Source: Nitrospirae bacterium CG2_30_53_67 (lineage in GTDB: Bacteria > CG2-30-53-67). From it: a stretch of DNA of 38,061 bases. Both the position numbers and the translations under genes were made by a program. The notes beneath the pieces were generated by a model that was not told the origin of the DNA, made no database searches, and saw only the letters and a list, made by a program, of their open reading frames with translations. Positions 1 through 9,878 of this stretch are shown one piece after another (the stretch's first letter is position 1; every line of letters starts with the position of its first letter). The stretch covers positions 1-38,061 of the forward strand of contig MNYV01000177.1 in assembly GCA_001873285.1 (NCBI GenBank), read 5' to 3'.

Positions 1-55
1 ATACTGATACCGGTAAACCGAGTACAAGAACGCAAGCAAAATTTCCAGAGAAAAA

Positions 56-153
56 CACTGGAACCCTTGAACCCTATGACCCTCGGCCCCTTATGTTTTC
101 AGCATTTCACTTGATCCCTGGAATCCTTGACCCCTTGACCCCTGATGTTTTCA
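56..153. repeat. Two blocks of four degenerate octamers (consensus TTGAnCCC), forming a 52-bp higher-order duplication
   Basis: CAC+TGGAACCC TTGAACCC TATGACCC TCGGCCCC+TTATGTTTTCA (56-101) and CAC+TTGATCCC TGGAATCC TTGACCCC TTGACCCC+TGATGTTTTCA (108-153). Confidence 0.8.
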
Positions 154-198
154 CCCACTCTTTTGGAGATGAACCCCATTTTTTTAATTGTCTGCACA

Positions 199-227
199 TT
201 GACAATGGGAGATCCGATCATTATATT
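199..227 (+). promoter_or_regulatory. sigma70-type promoter of the dnaK operon
   Basis: TTGACA (199-204), 17-bp spacer, TATATT (222-227), ~65 bp upstream of the dnaK ATG. Confidence 0.7.
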
Positions 228-290
228 TTAAAAGAATTCAAGTTTTGCAGGGAAACGCTTGCGGCGTATTTTACAAATAAGGAGAAACCT

Positions 291-2195
291 ATGGGTAAGA
301 TTATCGGAATTGATCTCGGAACAACCAATTCGGTGGTTGCCATTATGCAGGGTGGAGAACCGGAGATCATCACCAACGAGGAAGGCGGGCGGACCACGCC
401 ATCCGTGGTGGCCTTCGGCAAGGATGGGAGCATCATGGTCGGGCAGGTGGCCAAGAGACAGTCTGTGACCAATCCGGGAAATACCGTCTATTCCATCAAA
501 CGCTTTATGGGTCGAAAGTATCATGAAGTGAACGAAGAGATGAAAATCGTTCCTTACAAGGTGGCCAAGACACCGAATGGGGATGTGGTGGTGGAAGTGA
601 AAGGGAAGGAGTTTGCGCCGCCGGAGATCTCCGCCAAGATCCTGCAAAAACTGAAAAAGGCAGCGGAGGAGTTTCTGGGAGAGACCGTGAAGGATGCCGT
701 GATCACCGTTCCGGCCTATTTTAATGACAGCCAGAGACAGGCCACCAAGGATGCCGGCACGATTGCCGGTCTGAATGTGAAGAGGATCATCAATGAACCC
801 ACGGCAGCGGCCATGGCTTACGGCCTTGATAAGAAGAAAGATGAGACCATTGCTGTCTATGATTTCGGCGGCGGTACCTTTGATATTTCCATCCTCGAAG
901 TGGGGGATAACATCATAGAGGTCAAATCAACCAACGGGGATACCCACCTGGGAGGGGATAACCTGGACCAGAGGATCATTGACTGGCTGATTGCAGAATT
1001 CAAGAAAGACCAGGGGATCGACCTGAGCAGGGACCAGATGGCCATGCAGAGGCTCAAGGAGGCGGCCGAGAAGGCCAAGATTGAGCTCTCCACGGTTCAG
1101 GAAACGGATATCAACCTCCCCTTTATCACGGCGGATGCCTCAGGACCCAAGCATTTGAATTTCAAGCTCAGCCGTTCCAAATTCGAACAACTGGTCGAAG
1201 ATCTGATCGAAAAGAGCAAGGGGCCCTGTCTCAAGGCCCTTGCCGATGCAAAGATCAGCGCCAAAGACGTGGACGAAGTGGTTCTTGTCGGGGGGATTAC
1301 AAGGGTACCCAAAGTTCAGCAGCTGGTCCGGGATATTTTTGGGAAGGAGCCCCACAAGGGGGTCAATCCGGATGAGGTGGTGGCCCTGGGCGCGGCCATC
1401 CAGGGAGGCGTCCTGGCCGGGGAGGTGAAAGATCTCCTGCTCCTCGACGTGACGCCGCTCTCACTGGGTATCGAGACCCTGGGCGGAGTCATGACCAGGC
1501 TGATCGATCGGAATACCACCATTCCGACCAAAAAGAGCGAGAAGTTCTCTACTGCGGAGGACAATCAGACCAGTGTGGAGATCCACGTGCTTCAGGGGGA
1601 GAGGGAGATGGCCCTGGACAACCGGACCCTCGGAAAATTTCATCTTGTAGGGCTGCCGCCGGCGCCGAGAGGCATGCCGCAGATCGAGGTGACCTTCGAT
1701 ATCGACGCCAATGGGATCGTCAATGTCTCGGCCAAGGATCTCGGAACAGGAAAGGAGCAGCAGATTACGATAACGTCATCCAGCGGTCTCTCCGAGGAGG
1801 ATATCAAACGGATGGTCGCTCAAGCCGAAGAACATGCCGCGGAGGATAAAGGGAGGCGTGAGAGTATTGAGATCCGGAATCGTCTGGATTCCCTGATCTA
1901 CAGCACAGAGAAGACCATCAGCGAGAACAAGGATAAGATTCCATCTGCGGATCTTAAAGAAGTTGAAGAGGCCATTCAGGAAGGGAAGAAGGCCATGGAA
2001 TCCGCAGATATGGACAAAATGAAACAGGCGACCGACCGGATGACCAAGGCGTCGCATAAGTTTGCAGAAATCATTTATCAACATCATGCCAAGCAGCCGT
2101 CGGCCGAGACCGAGTCTCAGCCGTCATCCGGAGGGGACAAGGCCCCGCAGGAGGAGGGTGAGGTGGTTGATGCCGAATTTGAAGACGAGAAATAA
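291..2195 (+). CDS. dnaK: Molecular chaperone DnaK (Hsp70)
   Basis: [43 protein letters not shown] motifs; AAGGAG RBS at 279-284 places the start at 291, not 93. Confidence 0.98.
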   Translation: MGKIIGIDLGTTNSVVAIMQGGEPEIITNEEGGRTTPSVVAFGKDGSIMVGQVAKRQSVTNPGNTVYSIKRFMGRKYHEVNEEMKIVPYKVAKTPNGDVVVEVKGKEFAPPEISAKILQKLKKAAEEFLGETVKDAVITVPAYFNDSQRQATKDAGTIAGLNVKRIINEPTAAAMAYGLDKKKDETIAVYDFGGGTFDISILEVGDNIIEVKSTNGDTHLGGDNLDQRIIDWLIAEFKKDQGIDLSRDQMAMQRLKEAAEKAKIELSTVQETDINLPFITADASGPKHLNFKLSRSKFEQLVEDLIEKSKGPCLKALADAKISAKDVDEVVLVGGITRVPKVQQLVRDIFGKEPHKGVNPDEVVALGAAIQGGVLAGEVKDLLLLDVTPLSLGIETLGGVMTRLIDRNTTIPTKKSEKFSTAEDNQTSVEIHVLQGEREMALDNRTLGKFHLVGLPPAPRGMPQIEVTFDIDANGIVNVSAKDLGTGKEQQITITSSSGLSEEDIKRMVAQAEEHAAEDKGRRESIEIRNRLDSLIYSTEKTISENKDKIPSADLKEVEEAIQEGKKAMESADMDKMKQATDRMTKASHKFAEIIYQHHAKQPSAETESQPSSGGDKAPQEEGEVVDAEFEDEK

Positions 2196-2215
2196 TCCGA
2201 CCGGGAGGAAAAGGC

Positions 2216-2665
2216 ATGTATTTAAAAAAATGGGAGCCCTTCAAGGATCTGATGTCTATACAGGAGAGGATGAACCAGCTCTTTGATGATACCCTCTCCA
2301 AAAGGAACGAGGGGACTGAGGAGTTCTCCAAGGGGAACTGGTCTCCACCGGTGGATATCTATGAGACCGCAACTCACGTGGTTCTCAAGGCGGAAATCCC
2401 CGGCATCTCTCAGGACGATATTGACATCAAGATCGAGGACAATGCACTGGTTTTAAAGGGAGAACGCAAGTTTGAGAAGCCGTCCGACGATGAGACCTAT
2501 TACCGGATTGAGCGGTCCTATGGAAACTTCATGCGATCCTTTACCCTGCCCAACAGCGTGGACCAGAGCGGGGTTAAGGCCACATACGAAGCCGGGATAC
2601 TCAAGATCGTCATGCACAAGAAGCAGGAGAAGAAGCCCCATAGCATCAAGGTCGAAGTGAAATAA
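2216..2665 (+). CDS. Hsp20/alpha-crystallin small heat shock protein
   Basis: WSPPVDIYET, AEIPG, LKGERK, ERSYGNFMRSFTLP, ATYEAGIL and C-terminal I-x-V motif; GGGAGG RBS. Confidence 0.95.
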   Translation: MYLKKWEPFKDLMSIQERMNQLFDDTLSKRNEGTEEFSKGNWSPPVDIYETATHVVLKAEIPGISQDDIDIKIEDNALVLKGERKFEKPSDDETYYRIERSYGNFMRSFTLPNSVDQSGVKATYEAGILKIVMHKKQEKKPHSIKVEVK

Positions 2666-2756
2666 TCTTATGATGTTCAGGGCTCCAGGAAGGATGATGA
2701 AGGACCTGGTCAATCTTTTCATGTTCCCGTTGGCATGAGAAAGACAAGATGAGAAC

Positions 2757-3665
2757 ATGGCAAAAAAAGATTACTATGAGATCCTTGGTGTTTCGCGAAA
2801 TGAGTCACCCGATGAGATCAAAAAGGCTTACAGGAAGCTCGCCAGGAAGTATCATCCGGATGTGAATGTGAATTCCAAAACAGCGGAGTCCCGGTTTAAG
2901 GAAATTTCCGAGGCCTATGATACCTTAAGCGACCCCGATAAGAAAAAGAAATACGACCTTTTTGGACACCAGGCCGCCCGCTCTGATTTTGATCCCACAC
3001 GGGCCTATTCCCATGATGGTCCCGGCTTTGAAGGATTTGATAACATTTTCAGAGGAGAGGGCGCCGGGTTCCAGGATATTTTCAGCGATCTCTTCGGCGC
3101 CGCACACAGGGGCCGGCCTGCCGGACCGAGAGCAGGTCATGACGTTCAATATTCCATGGAGATCTCCTTTGAGGATGCGGCCAGAGGGATGAAGACCTCG
3201 CTCAACCTGAATCATGAAAAAATCTCTGTAAAAATTCCTCCCGGAGTAGACTCAGGTTCTAAAATCCGTCTTCCAGGCAAGGGAGGGCCAGGGATCAGCG
3301 GAGGTCCTCGGGGAGATCTTTATATTGTGACCCAGGTCCGGCCCCATCCCTATCTTGAAAGAAAAGGGGACCATATCTACCTTGAAGTCCCTGTTAGTTT
3401 TGCTGAAGCCATCCTGGGTGCGAAGATCCGGGTTCCTACGATTGAGGGAATGATCCAATTGACCATCCCGCCGGGGACACAGAGCGGTCAGAAGTTGAGA
3501 ATTGCCGGAAAGGGGTTTCCGCATCTGCGGGGCGGAGGCAGGGGAGACCAGTTTGTGGTGATCAAGATCACCGTCCCCAAAAAAGTTGATACAAGATCCG
3601 AGCAGCTCATCAGGGATTTTGAACGGTTGAATCCGGAGGACCCGAGAAGCAAATTGAAATGGTGA
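2757..3665 (+). CDS. DnaJ class B / CbpA-like co-chaperone (J domain + G/F region + DnaJ_C, no zinc finger)
   Basis: KDYYEILGV...KYHPD J domain, F.DIFSDLFG, C-terminal VKIPPGV/GDLY/GKGFP; no CxxCxGxG repeats. Confidence 0.93.
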   Translation: MAKKDYYEILGVSRNESPDEIKKAYRKLARKYHPDVNVNSKTAESRFKEISEAYDTLSDPDKKKKYDLFGHQAARSDFDPTRAYSHDGPGFEGFDNIFRGEGAGFQDIFSDLFGAAHRGRPAGPRAGHDVQYSMEISFEDAARGMKTSLNLNHEKISVKIPPGVDSGSKIRLPGKGGPGISGGPRGDLYIVTQVRPHPYLERKGDHIYLEVPVSFAEAILGAKIRVPTIEGMIQLTIPPGTQSGQKLRIAGKGFPHLRGGGRGDQFVVIKITVPKKVDTRSEQLIRDFERLNPEDPRSKLKW

Positions 3666-3721
3666 TATGCCTAAGGAATGAAGGGTCAACCGTGGGCAGC
3701 ATGTTGACATCGAGGTGATCT

Positions 3722-6376
3722 GTGAGGTTTGATCGTTTTACATTGAAGGCGCAGGAGGCCGTTTCCGAGGCCAGATCCATTGCCCAGCGGCACGGACATC
3801 AGCAGGTGGATGGTGATCATCTGTTGATGGCCCTGATCCGTCAGGATGGGGGGGTGGCGGCGCCGATACTTCAGCGCCTGGAGATCTCGCCCGAAAAAAT
3901 AGAGGGTGAGGTCCGGGAGATGATCGAGCGAAAGCCCCAGGTGCACGGCCCGGCCGCCATGGATCAGATCTACGTTACGCCTGAACTCAATCAGGTCTTT
4001 GAATCGGCCATGGCTGAAGCCGGAAGATTGCAGGATGAGTTTATCAGCACGGAGCACCTGCTCCTCGGCCTGGCTGAGAAGGGCGGAGAGGCGGGCAGGC
4101 TCCTAAAGAAATACCGTGTTACCCGGGACCGGATGCTCACCGTTCTGAAGGATATCCGGGGCTCTCATCGCGTCACGGACCAAAATCCGGAGGAGAAGTA
4201 TCAGGCATTAAAGCGCTACACCCGTGACCTGACCGAGGAGGCCCGGAAGGGTAAACTGGATCCGATCATCGGCCGGGATGAGGAAATCCGCCGAGTGATT
4301 CAGGTTCTCTCCAGAAGGACCAAGAACAACCCGGTTTTGATCGGAGAGCCGGGAGTCGGGAAGACCGCCCTGGCCGAAGGGCTTGCCCAGCGCGTGGTGG
4401 CCGGCGACGTCCCGGAGAGCATTAAAGACAAGCGTGTCCTGGCCATGGACCTCGGAGCGCTGATCGCGGGGACCAAATACAGAGGTGAATTTGAGGATCG
4501 TCTGAAAGCGGTCTTGAAGGAGATTCACGAGGCAGAGGGGCGGGTGATTCTCTTCATTGATGAGCTGCATACGCTGGTAGGGGCAGGCGCCGCTGAAGGG
4601 GCCATGGATGCCTCCAACATGCTCAAACCGGCGCTGGCCCGGGGAGAACTCCGATGCGTGGGCGCGACCACCCTCGATGAGTACCGCAAACATATAGAAA
4701 AGGATGCGGCCCTGGAGAGGAGGTTCCAGCCGATCATGGTAGGAGAGCCTACCGTTGAAGATTCCATTTCCATCCTCCGGGGGCTCAAGGAACGCTACGA
4801 GGTGCATCACGGGGTCAGGATACAGGATTCTGCGCTGGTGGCCGCAGCCGTACTTTCTCATCGTTACATCACGGACCGTTTCCTGCCGGACAAGGCCATC
4901 GACCTGATTGATGAGGCCGCCTCCCGCCTTAAGATGGAAATTGACAGCATGCCTATTGTCCTGGATGAGGTGGAAAGAAAAATCCGTCAACTCGAAATCG
5001 AACGCCAGGGATTGATGCGTGAAAAGGATCCCGCCTCCAAAGAGCGAATGGAGAGAATCCAGCAGGAGGTCAAAGGACTGCAAGAGAAGCAGGCAGGCCT
5101 CAAGGAACAGTGGACGGCGGAGAAGGGCGCCATCCAGACGATCCGGTCCATCAAAGAAAAGATTGAGCAGGCCAGGATCGAGGAAGAGAAGGCGGAACGG
5201 GAAGGTGATCTTTTGAGGACCTCGGAACTCCGTTACGGCGCCTTGGTCGAGTTGCAGAAACAGCTTAATGCTGCAAATGATCATCTCCAGTCCATCCAGA
5301 AAGATGGAGGATTGCTCAAAGAGGAGGTCACTGAAGAGGATGTGGCCGGGATCGTGGCCAAGTGGACGGGGATCCCTGTCACAAAGCTTATGGAGGGCGA
5401 ACGGGAGAAACTGCTTCGGATGGATGAGGTGCTTAGAAAGAGAGTAGTCGGCCAGGATCAGGCAGTCAAGGCCGTATCGGATGCCGTGCGAAGGGCCCGA
5501 TCCGGACTTTCGGACCCGAAACGCCCCATCGGCTCCTTCATTTTTCTGGGTCCGACCGGCGTGGGCAAAACCGAACTCACCCGGTCTCTGACCGAATTTC
5601 TGTTTGATGATGAAGATGCCATGACCCGGATCGACATGTCTGAATATATGGAACGTCATACCGTGGCGCGCCTGATCGGAGCGCCGCCCGGCTATATCGG
5701 TTATGAAGAAGGAGGGCAGCTTACCGAAGCGGTCAGAAGGCGGCCCTATTCCGTGATTCTTCTGGACGAAATCGAGAAGGCCCACCCCGATGTCTTTAAT
5801 CTTCTTCTGCAGGTTCTCGATGACGGGCGGTTGACCGACTCCCATGGCCGTACCGTGGATTTTAAAAACACCGTGATCATCATGACCTCTAATATAGGGA
5901 GCCAGCATATCCGGGGCATCACAGAGTCCTTGGGGAAAGAAGCGTATCAAAGGAATTACGAGTCTATGAAGGAACTCGTCCTCAAGGAACTTAAGGGGGC
6001 CTTCAAGCCTGAGTTTCTCAACCGGATCGACGAGGTGATCGTATTTCATGCGCTGACCCAAGAGAACATCCTCGAGATTGTGGACCTGCTGATCCAGCGT
6101 CTGAACCTCAGACTCAAGGATTCCGGTCTGCAGATTCATGCGACGGATCAACTCAAGGTCAAGATTTCAGAGATGGGGTATGACCCCCTTTATGGGGCCC
6201 GGCCGCTGAAACGGACCATTCAACAGGTCATAGAAAATCCCCTTTCCCAGGAAATCCTGACTGGGGGTTTCACCAAAGGAGATACCCTGCTTGCAGACTG
6301 GGCTTCCGATCGTATGGTCTTCAAGAAGAAGACGATAGGAGAGCCGGTATCATCGGGGCAATCAATCAAAGAATAA
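3722..6376 (+). CDS. clpB: ATP-dependent disaggregase ClpB
   Basis: Two AAA+ modules ([16 protein letters not shown]), coiled-coil middle domain, [16 protein letters not shown]; no IGF loop; GTG start. Confidence 0.97.
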   Translation: MRFDRFTLKAQEAVSEARSIAQRHGHQQVDGDHLLMALIRQDGGVAAPILQRLEISPEKIEGEVREMIERKPQVHGPAAMDQIYVTPELNQVFESAMAEAGRLQDEFISTEHLLLGLAEKGGEAGRLLKKYRVTRDRMLTVLKDIRGSHRVTDQNPEEKYQALKRYTRDLTEEARKGKLDPIIGRDEEIRRVIQVLSRRTKNNPVLIGEPGVGKTALAEGLAQRVVAGDVPESIKDKRVLAMDLGALIAGTKYRGEFEDRLKAVLKEIHEAEGRVILFIDELHTLVGAGAAEGAMDASNMLKPALARGELRCVGATTLDEYRKHIEKDAALERRFQPIMVGEPTVEDSISILRGLKERYEVHHGVRIQDSALVAAAVLSHRYITDRFLPDKAIDLIDEAASRLKMEIDSMPIVLDEVERKIRQLEIERQGLMREKDPASKERMERIQQEVKGLQEKQAGLKEQWTAEKGAIQTIRSIKEKIEQARIEEEKAEREGDLLRTSELRYGALVELQKQLNAANDHLQSIQKDGGLLKEEVTEEDVAGIVAKWTGIPVTKLMEGEREKLLRMDEVLRKRVVGQDQAVKAVSDAVRRARSGLSDPKRPIGSFIFLGPTGVGKTELTRSLTEFLFDDEDAMTRIDMSEYMERHTVARLIGAPPGYIGYEEGGQLTEAVRRRPYSVILLDEIEKAHPDVFNLLLQVLDDGRLTDSHGRTVDFKNTVIIMTSNIGSQHIRGITESLGKEAYQRNYESMKELVLKELKGAFKPEFLNRIDEVIVFHALTQENILEIVDLLIQRLNLRLKDSGLQIHATDQLKVKISEMGYDPLYGARPLKRTIQQVIENPLSQEILTGGFTKGDTLLADWASDRMVFKKKTIGEPVSSGQSIKE

Positions 6377-6407
6377 CAACAGTCCGGAAGGAGAGGTGAG
6401 AAATAAG

Positions 6408-6647
6408 ATGAGATTTTTGTATAGTCTGAATCAAGGCGGGCCAGGAGGGTTTTCTGGTTTCTTTATCCTTCAAGGGAGCCTTCTGATCCTATTGGGGGTT
6501 CTGATTCTTCTTTTTCCAGCCTTGCTTCAAGTGATGGTGGCCGCCTTCTTCATCCTCATCGGTATCCTGGTTCTTGGTTTCGGATTGACGATTCGAAAGA
6601 TTGAGAAAGGACGTCCAGACCGTCATGATTCCTTCTATAATATATAG
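6408..6647 (+). CDS. Small two-TM membrane protein (DUF3096-like pattern)
   Basis: Hydrophobic hairpin GSLLILLGVLILLFPALLQVMVAAFFILIGILVLG; GAGGTG RBS before ATG 6408 (alternative GTG 6396); directly follows clpB. Confidence 0.6.
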   Translation: MRFLYSLNQGGPGGFSGFFILQGSLLILLGVLILLFPALLQVMVAAFFILIGILVLGFGLTIRKIEKGRPDRHDSFYNI

Positions 6648-6730
6648 AATATAAACGGTTACGGCATCTTTTTCCATATCAGCATTCTGATCATTTCAGC
6701 GGCAAACCATTTATTCGCGTCACGAGAAAA

Positions 6731-6769
6731 GTGGAAAACTTTTTCCCTTTTTGTGTAAAAGTTTTCACA
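6731..6769. promoter_or_regulatory. Tandem palindromic upstream activator sites for a sigma54 enhancer-binding protein
   Basis: GGAAAACTTTTTCC (6733-6746) and TGT-AAAAGTTTTC-ACA (6754-6769, TGT-N10-ACA); AAAA(C/G)TTTT centres 22 bp apart, ~130-160 bp upstream of the -24 element. Confidence 0.55.
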
Positions 6770-6843
6770 TAAAAAGTATATTTTCCCCTCCATCAAACCT
6801 TATATTTAGCCGGACTTATCATCAGCTATTGAGATAATCTGTT

Positions 6844-6856
6844 TAATTCATTGATT
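6844..6856 (-). promoter_or_regulatory. IHF-binding site
   Basis: Minus strand AATCAA-TGAA-TTA matches WATCAANNNNTTR, located between the UAS and the sigma54 promoter. Confidence 0.5.
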
Positions 6857-6895
6857 TTTAAAGTTTTCTACTTTTTTAGTTACTTTATTGATCTT

Positions 6896-6911
6896 AGGCA
6901 TAGTTTTTGCT
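6896..6911 (+). promoter_or_regulatory. sigma54 (-24/-12) promoter of the glycan locus
   Basis: AGGCATAGTTTTTGCT: GG (6897-6898)-N10-GC (6909-6910), close to TGGCAC-N5-TTGCW. Confidence 0.65.
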
Positions 6912-6951
6912 TAATAAAAGGGGAATATCCAAACTGATAAGATATTTATAG

Positions 6952-6981
6952 TTGACATTTCAGGAGATGAGATGATAAAAT
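6952..6981 (+). promoter_or_regulatory. Second, sigma70-type promoter of the glycan locus
   Basis: TTGACA (6952-6957), 18-bp spacer, extended -10 TGnTAAAAT (6973-6981). Confidence 0.5.
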
Positions 6982-7235
6982 TCAAACAATAAGTTTTAAC
7001 TTATAAAAATATTGGCGGTTTTATGTTTTTTTCTTTCCGACGTTTAAGATAATGAATGCTGCCGAAATTGTTTTTAAAAAACATAAAAGTTTAATTTTTT
7101 CATCAAGATAGAGTATGGATCATGTAATTGAGAGGGCGAAGCTGTATCTTAAAGACAGCACACGGAAAAATAAGATCTTGTTAAGTGAACCATTCGCTTT
7201 TAAGGCCGGATGGTTCTTTCATATGGAGCGTATGT

Positions 7236-8999
7236 ATGAAGGCCGTAATTTTAGCAGGTAGTCCAGGAACAGCAATCTTCCCCCTTGCAAACTATTATTC
7301 CAAACTTTCATTTCCCGTAGCCAATGAGCCGATCATTTACCATCTCCTCTCTTTTTTAGAAGCCAGTCATATTTCAGAGGTCATGGTTGTCTTGTCGGGA
7401 CATCCAAGCGGGGGAGGTTCCATAGGCCGTCTATTTAATGATGATCGAATAGAGGGCATGAAGGTCTCGGTCTTTGAAGAAAAGCGGCCGAGGGGAACCG
7501 CGGGATGCTTAAAAGAGGTTGCCGGATTCATAGGATCTTCGCCTTTTCTGGTGATCAGCCCGAACGTATTTACGGGCCATCTTGATTTGTCAGAGGCGTT
7601 TTCAGCTCACCATACCCAGAAGGCTGCGGTTACGGTTGTGGTTGAGAAAAGCAACGGCTTTAAAAAAAGTTTGGAGAATATAGAGGTTGGGAAAGACGGT
7701 CGTATAAAAAGATTTCATATCCTGCATCCGTCACGGGATCAACGGCGGATCCTGCTTCCTGCAGGGTTTTACATCTTTAATCCGATCGTGCTGGATCATA
7801 TTCCCGATAAGGGGTATATGGATATCAAAGAACAACTCATTCCTGAACTGGGCCATAAAGGTTTTCGAATCTACGCGTATGAGCTGTCAAATCCCGTAAA
7901 AAAGCTCGACAGTCTCAGCGATTATTTTCAACTGAACAGGGATCTTCTTTCCAATGGGTTTATGGGCGGCAATCATAACGGGAGTTCCAAAAGTGAGATC
8001 ATGGAAAGGGTCTGGGTTGGTAAGAACGTGAGAATCTCGCCTAAGGCATATTTATTGGGACCTGTGGTCATCGGCAGGAATTGTACCATTGAGGATTATG
8101 CACAAATCATCGGTCCTGCAAGCATTGGAGACGGAACTCGCATTGGGAAGGACGTTCTGGTGCGTGAAAGCATTATTTGGGAGAAAGCGGAATTATCGTC
8201 TAATTCCCGAATAGAGCATAGTCTTATAGGAGAAGAGGTCGTTATCCGGGAAGATGAACGAGTGAAGAATACGATTGTGATTCAGGACAACAGGTTTCAT
8301 CAGAACTTCAATATCTCATCATCAGAGCATGGGCTTGATGGTTTGAATCACTGCGGGACCGATTTGTTCAGCGCGTCTTACAAACGCTGGAAATACGGGG
8401 CTTATCTGATATTCAAAAGGTTGTTTGATCTTTTTGTGTCTTTTTTATGCCTGTTTACTTTTCTTCCGATCTTCCTTATAATAGCCGTCTTGATTAAGAT
8501 CGACTCTCCCGGCCCGATGATATTCAGGCAGAAAAGATGCGGGAAAGACGGGAAAGAATTCAAGATGTACAAGTTCAGAACCATGGTCAAGGATGCAGAG
8601 AAGTTACACGATGAAGTCTTGGGTAAAAACATTTTGGATGGTCCTATGTTCAAGATGAAAAGAGATCCCAGGATAACGAACGTAGGAAGGTTCTTGAGGA
8701 AAACAAGCCTTGATGAGCTTCCCCAGTTGTTCAATGTGCTGAAAGGAGAGATGAGCCTGGTGGGGCCCAGGCCGTTGGCCATGGAGGAAATGAAATTCAG
8801 CCCGAGCTGGAGGGATTTGAGGTTGAAAGTGAAACCCGGCATCACGGGGCAATGGCAGGTCAGCGGCCGAAGCGGAACACTTTTCGATGGCTGGATCAGA
8901 CATGATATAGACTATGTGAAGAATCAGTCCACATGGCTTGACTTGAAGCTCCTGATGAAGACGATTATTATGGTTTTTAAAAGAGAAGGGGCCTTTTGA
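7236..8999 (+). CDS. Fusion: sugar-1-phosphate nucleotidyltransferase-like domain + left-handed beta-helix + monotopic phosphoglycosyl transferase (priming sugar transferase)
   Basis: N-term MKAVILAG...E..PRGTAG, hexapeptide repeats (VWVGKNVRI, VVIGRNCTI, ASIGDGTRI), C-term KRLFD...SPGP...YKFRTM...DPRIT...LDELPQ..NVLKGEMSLVGPRP; GGAG RBS before ATG 7236. Confidence 0.9.
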   Translation: MKAVILAGSPGTAIFPLANYYSKLSFPVANEPIIYHLLSFLEASHISEVMVVLSGHPSGGGSIGRLFNDDRIEGMKVSVFEEKRPRGTAGCLKEVAGFIGSSPFLVISPNVFTGHLDLSEAFSAHHTQKAAVTVVVEKSNGFKKSLENIEVGKDGRIKRFHILHPSRDQRRILLPAGFYIFNPIVLDHIPDKGYMDIKEQLIPELGHKGFRIYAYELSNPVKKLDSLSDYFQLNRDLLSNGFMGGNHNGSSKSEIMERVWVGKNVRISPKAYLLGPVVIGRNCTIEDYAQIIGPASIGDGTRIGKDVLVRESIIWEKAELSSNSRIEHSLIGEEVVIREDERVKNTIVIQDNRFHQNFNISSSEHGLDGLNHCGTDLFSASYKRWKYGAYLIFKRLFDLFVSFLCLFTFLPIFLIIAVLIKIDSPGPMIFRQKRCGKDGKEFKMYKFRTMVKDAEKLHDEVLGKNILDGPMFKMKRDPRITNVGRFLRKTSLDELPQLFNVLKGEMSLVGPRPLAMEEMKFSPSWRDLRLKVKPGITGQWQVSGRSGTLFDGWIRHDIDYVKNQSTWLDLKLLMKTIIMVFKREGAF

Positions 9000-9776
9000 A
9001 TGAGAAACATATTAACGGCTCTTACGGTCTTGATCATGTTATTGATGTTTACGGGGTGTGCAAAAAACAAAACAGCCGTTCATCCTGGCGATATTGAAAA
9101 AAAACAAGAAACTGTTTCGGACGAGAAGCTTAGAGTATCCGAATTTACCCTCGGCCCGGGCGATCAACTGGAGATAACGGTCTGGGGCGTCGAGGATATG
9201 GACAGAAAGATACTGGTCGGCCCGACGGGTTTCATCTCCTATCCGTTTGTTGGGGACATCCAGACGAACGGTATGAGTATATTCCAGTTAAGGGACAGGA
9301 TTGCCGACGGCCTCGCCGACTACTTTCTCAATCCCAAGGTGAGCGTCAATATTTTATCTTCCAAAAGCAAGAAGATCTATGTATTAGGAGAAGTGGTGAG
9401 GCCCGGGATATTCCAGATGACGGGCGCCAACTCATTAATAGAGGCGATCTCCATGGCCGGCGGATTCACCCAGGATGCCAAGGAGCAAAACGTCCTTCTT
9501 GTCCGAGGAGGCCTGGTTGCCCCGGTACTCCGCTCTCTTGATCTTAAAGCGGCCTTGCGGGAAGGGGATTGGTCGCAGAATATTCTGCTTAAAGCGGGAG
9601 ACATCGTCTATATTCCAGCATCGACCTTTGCCGATACGGAACGCTTTTTCAAACGTATTGCGAGTATCATCTCACCTATTGTCAACCTGGAAACAGGCAT
9701 CGTACTCGAACCCACCGTTGAAAATGTCTTCCATGGAGAGGATGTCGGGAACGCAGTGGTCATTACCCCGAAGTGA
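9000..9776 (+). CDS. Polysaccharide export outer-membrane lipoprotein (Wza/OPX family)
   Basis: Lipobox FTGC; LGPGDQLEITVW, G.ISYPFVG, YVLGEVVRPG, AISMAGG, L..GDIVYIP (Poly_export + SLBB). Confidence 0.9.
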   Translation: MRNILTALTVLIMLLMFTGCAKNKTAVHPGDIEKKQETVSDEKLRVSEFTLGPGDQLEITVWGVEDMDRKILVGPTGFISYPFVGDIQTNGMSIFQLRDRIADGLADYFLNPKVSVNILSSKSKKIYVLGEVVRPGIFQMTGANSLIEAISMAGGFTQDAKEQNVLLVRGGLVAPVLRSLDLKAALREGDWSQNILLKAGDIVYIPASTFADTERFFKRIASIISPIVNLETGIVLEPTVENVFHGEDVGNAVVITPK

Positions 9777-9878
9777 TGTAATAAAAGTTTGATATATAGA
9801 TAGGCGTAGTCATATCTTGAAAATGTCATTCAGAGGGTATTTTTTTTTGCATCATCAGGAAAGTGAGACAATAAGCCT

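Noticed and set aside
93..290. 66-codon N-terminal extension of DnaK in the ORF track
   Set aside because: It runs through the octamer repeats and the promoter; the canonical [10 protein letters not shown] start with an AAGGAG RBS is at 291
2714..2744. Hairpin between hsp20 and dnaJ as an RNA thermometer
   Set aside because: The stem ends 12 nt before the ATG and there is no clear SD, ROSE or fourU motif inside it
4208..6151. 647-aa minus-strand ORF
   Set aside because: Antisense shadow of clpB with no recognisable motifs; long antisense frames are common opposite conserved GC-rich genes
6700..6740. GGCAAACC... resemblance to a c-di-GMP-I (GEMM) riboswitch
   Set aside because: No GNRA-capped stem followed by GACGCAAAG and no second hairpin; it also lies upstream of the predicted promoters
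7014..7025. GGCGGTT as an ops/JUMPstart element
   Set aside because: Only 6 of the GGCGGTAG bases match and it is >200 bp from the start codon
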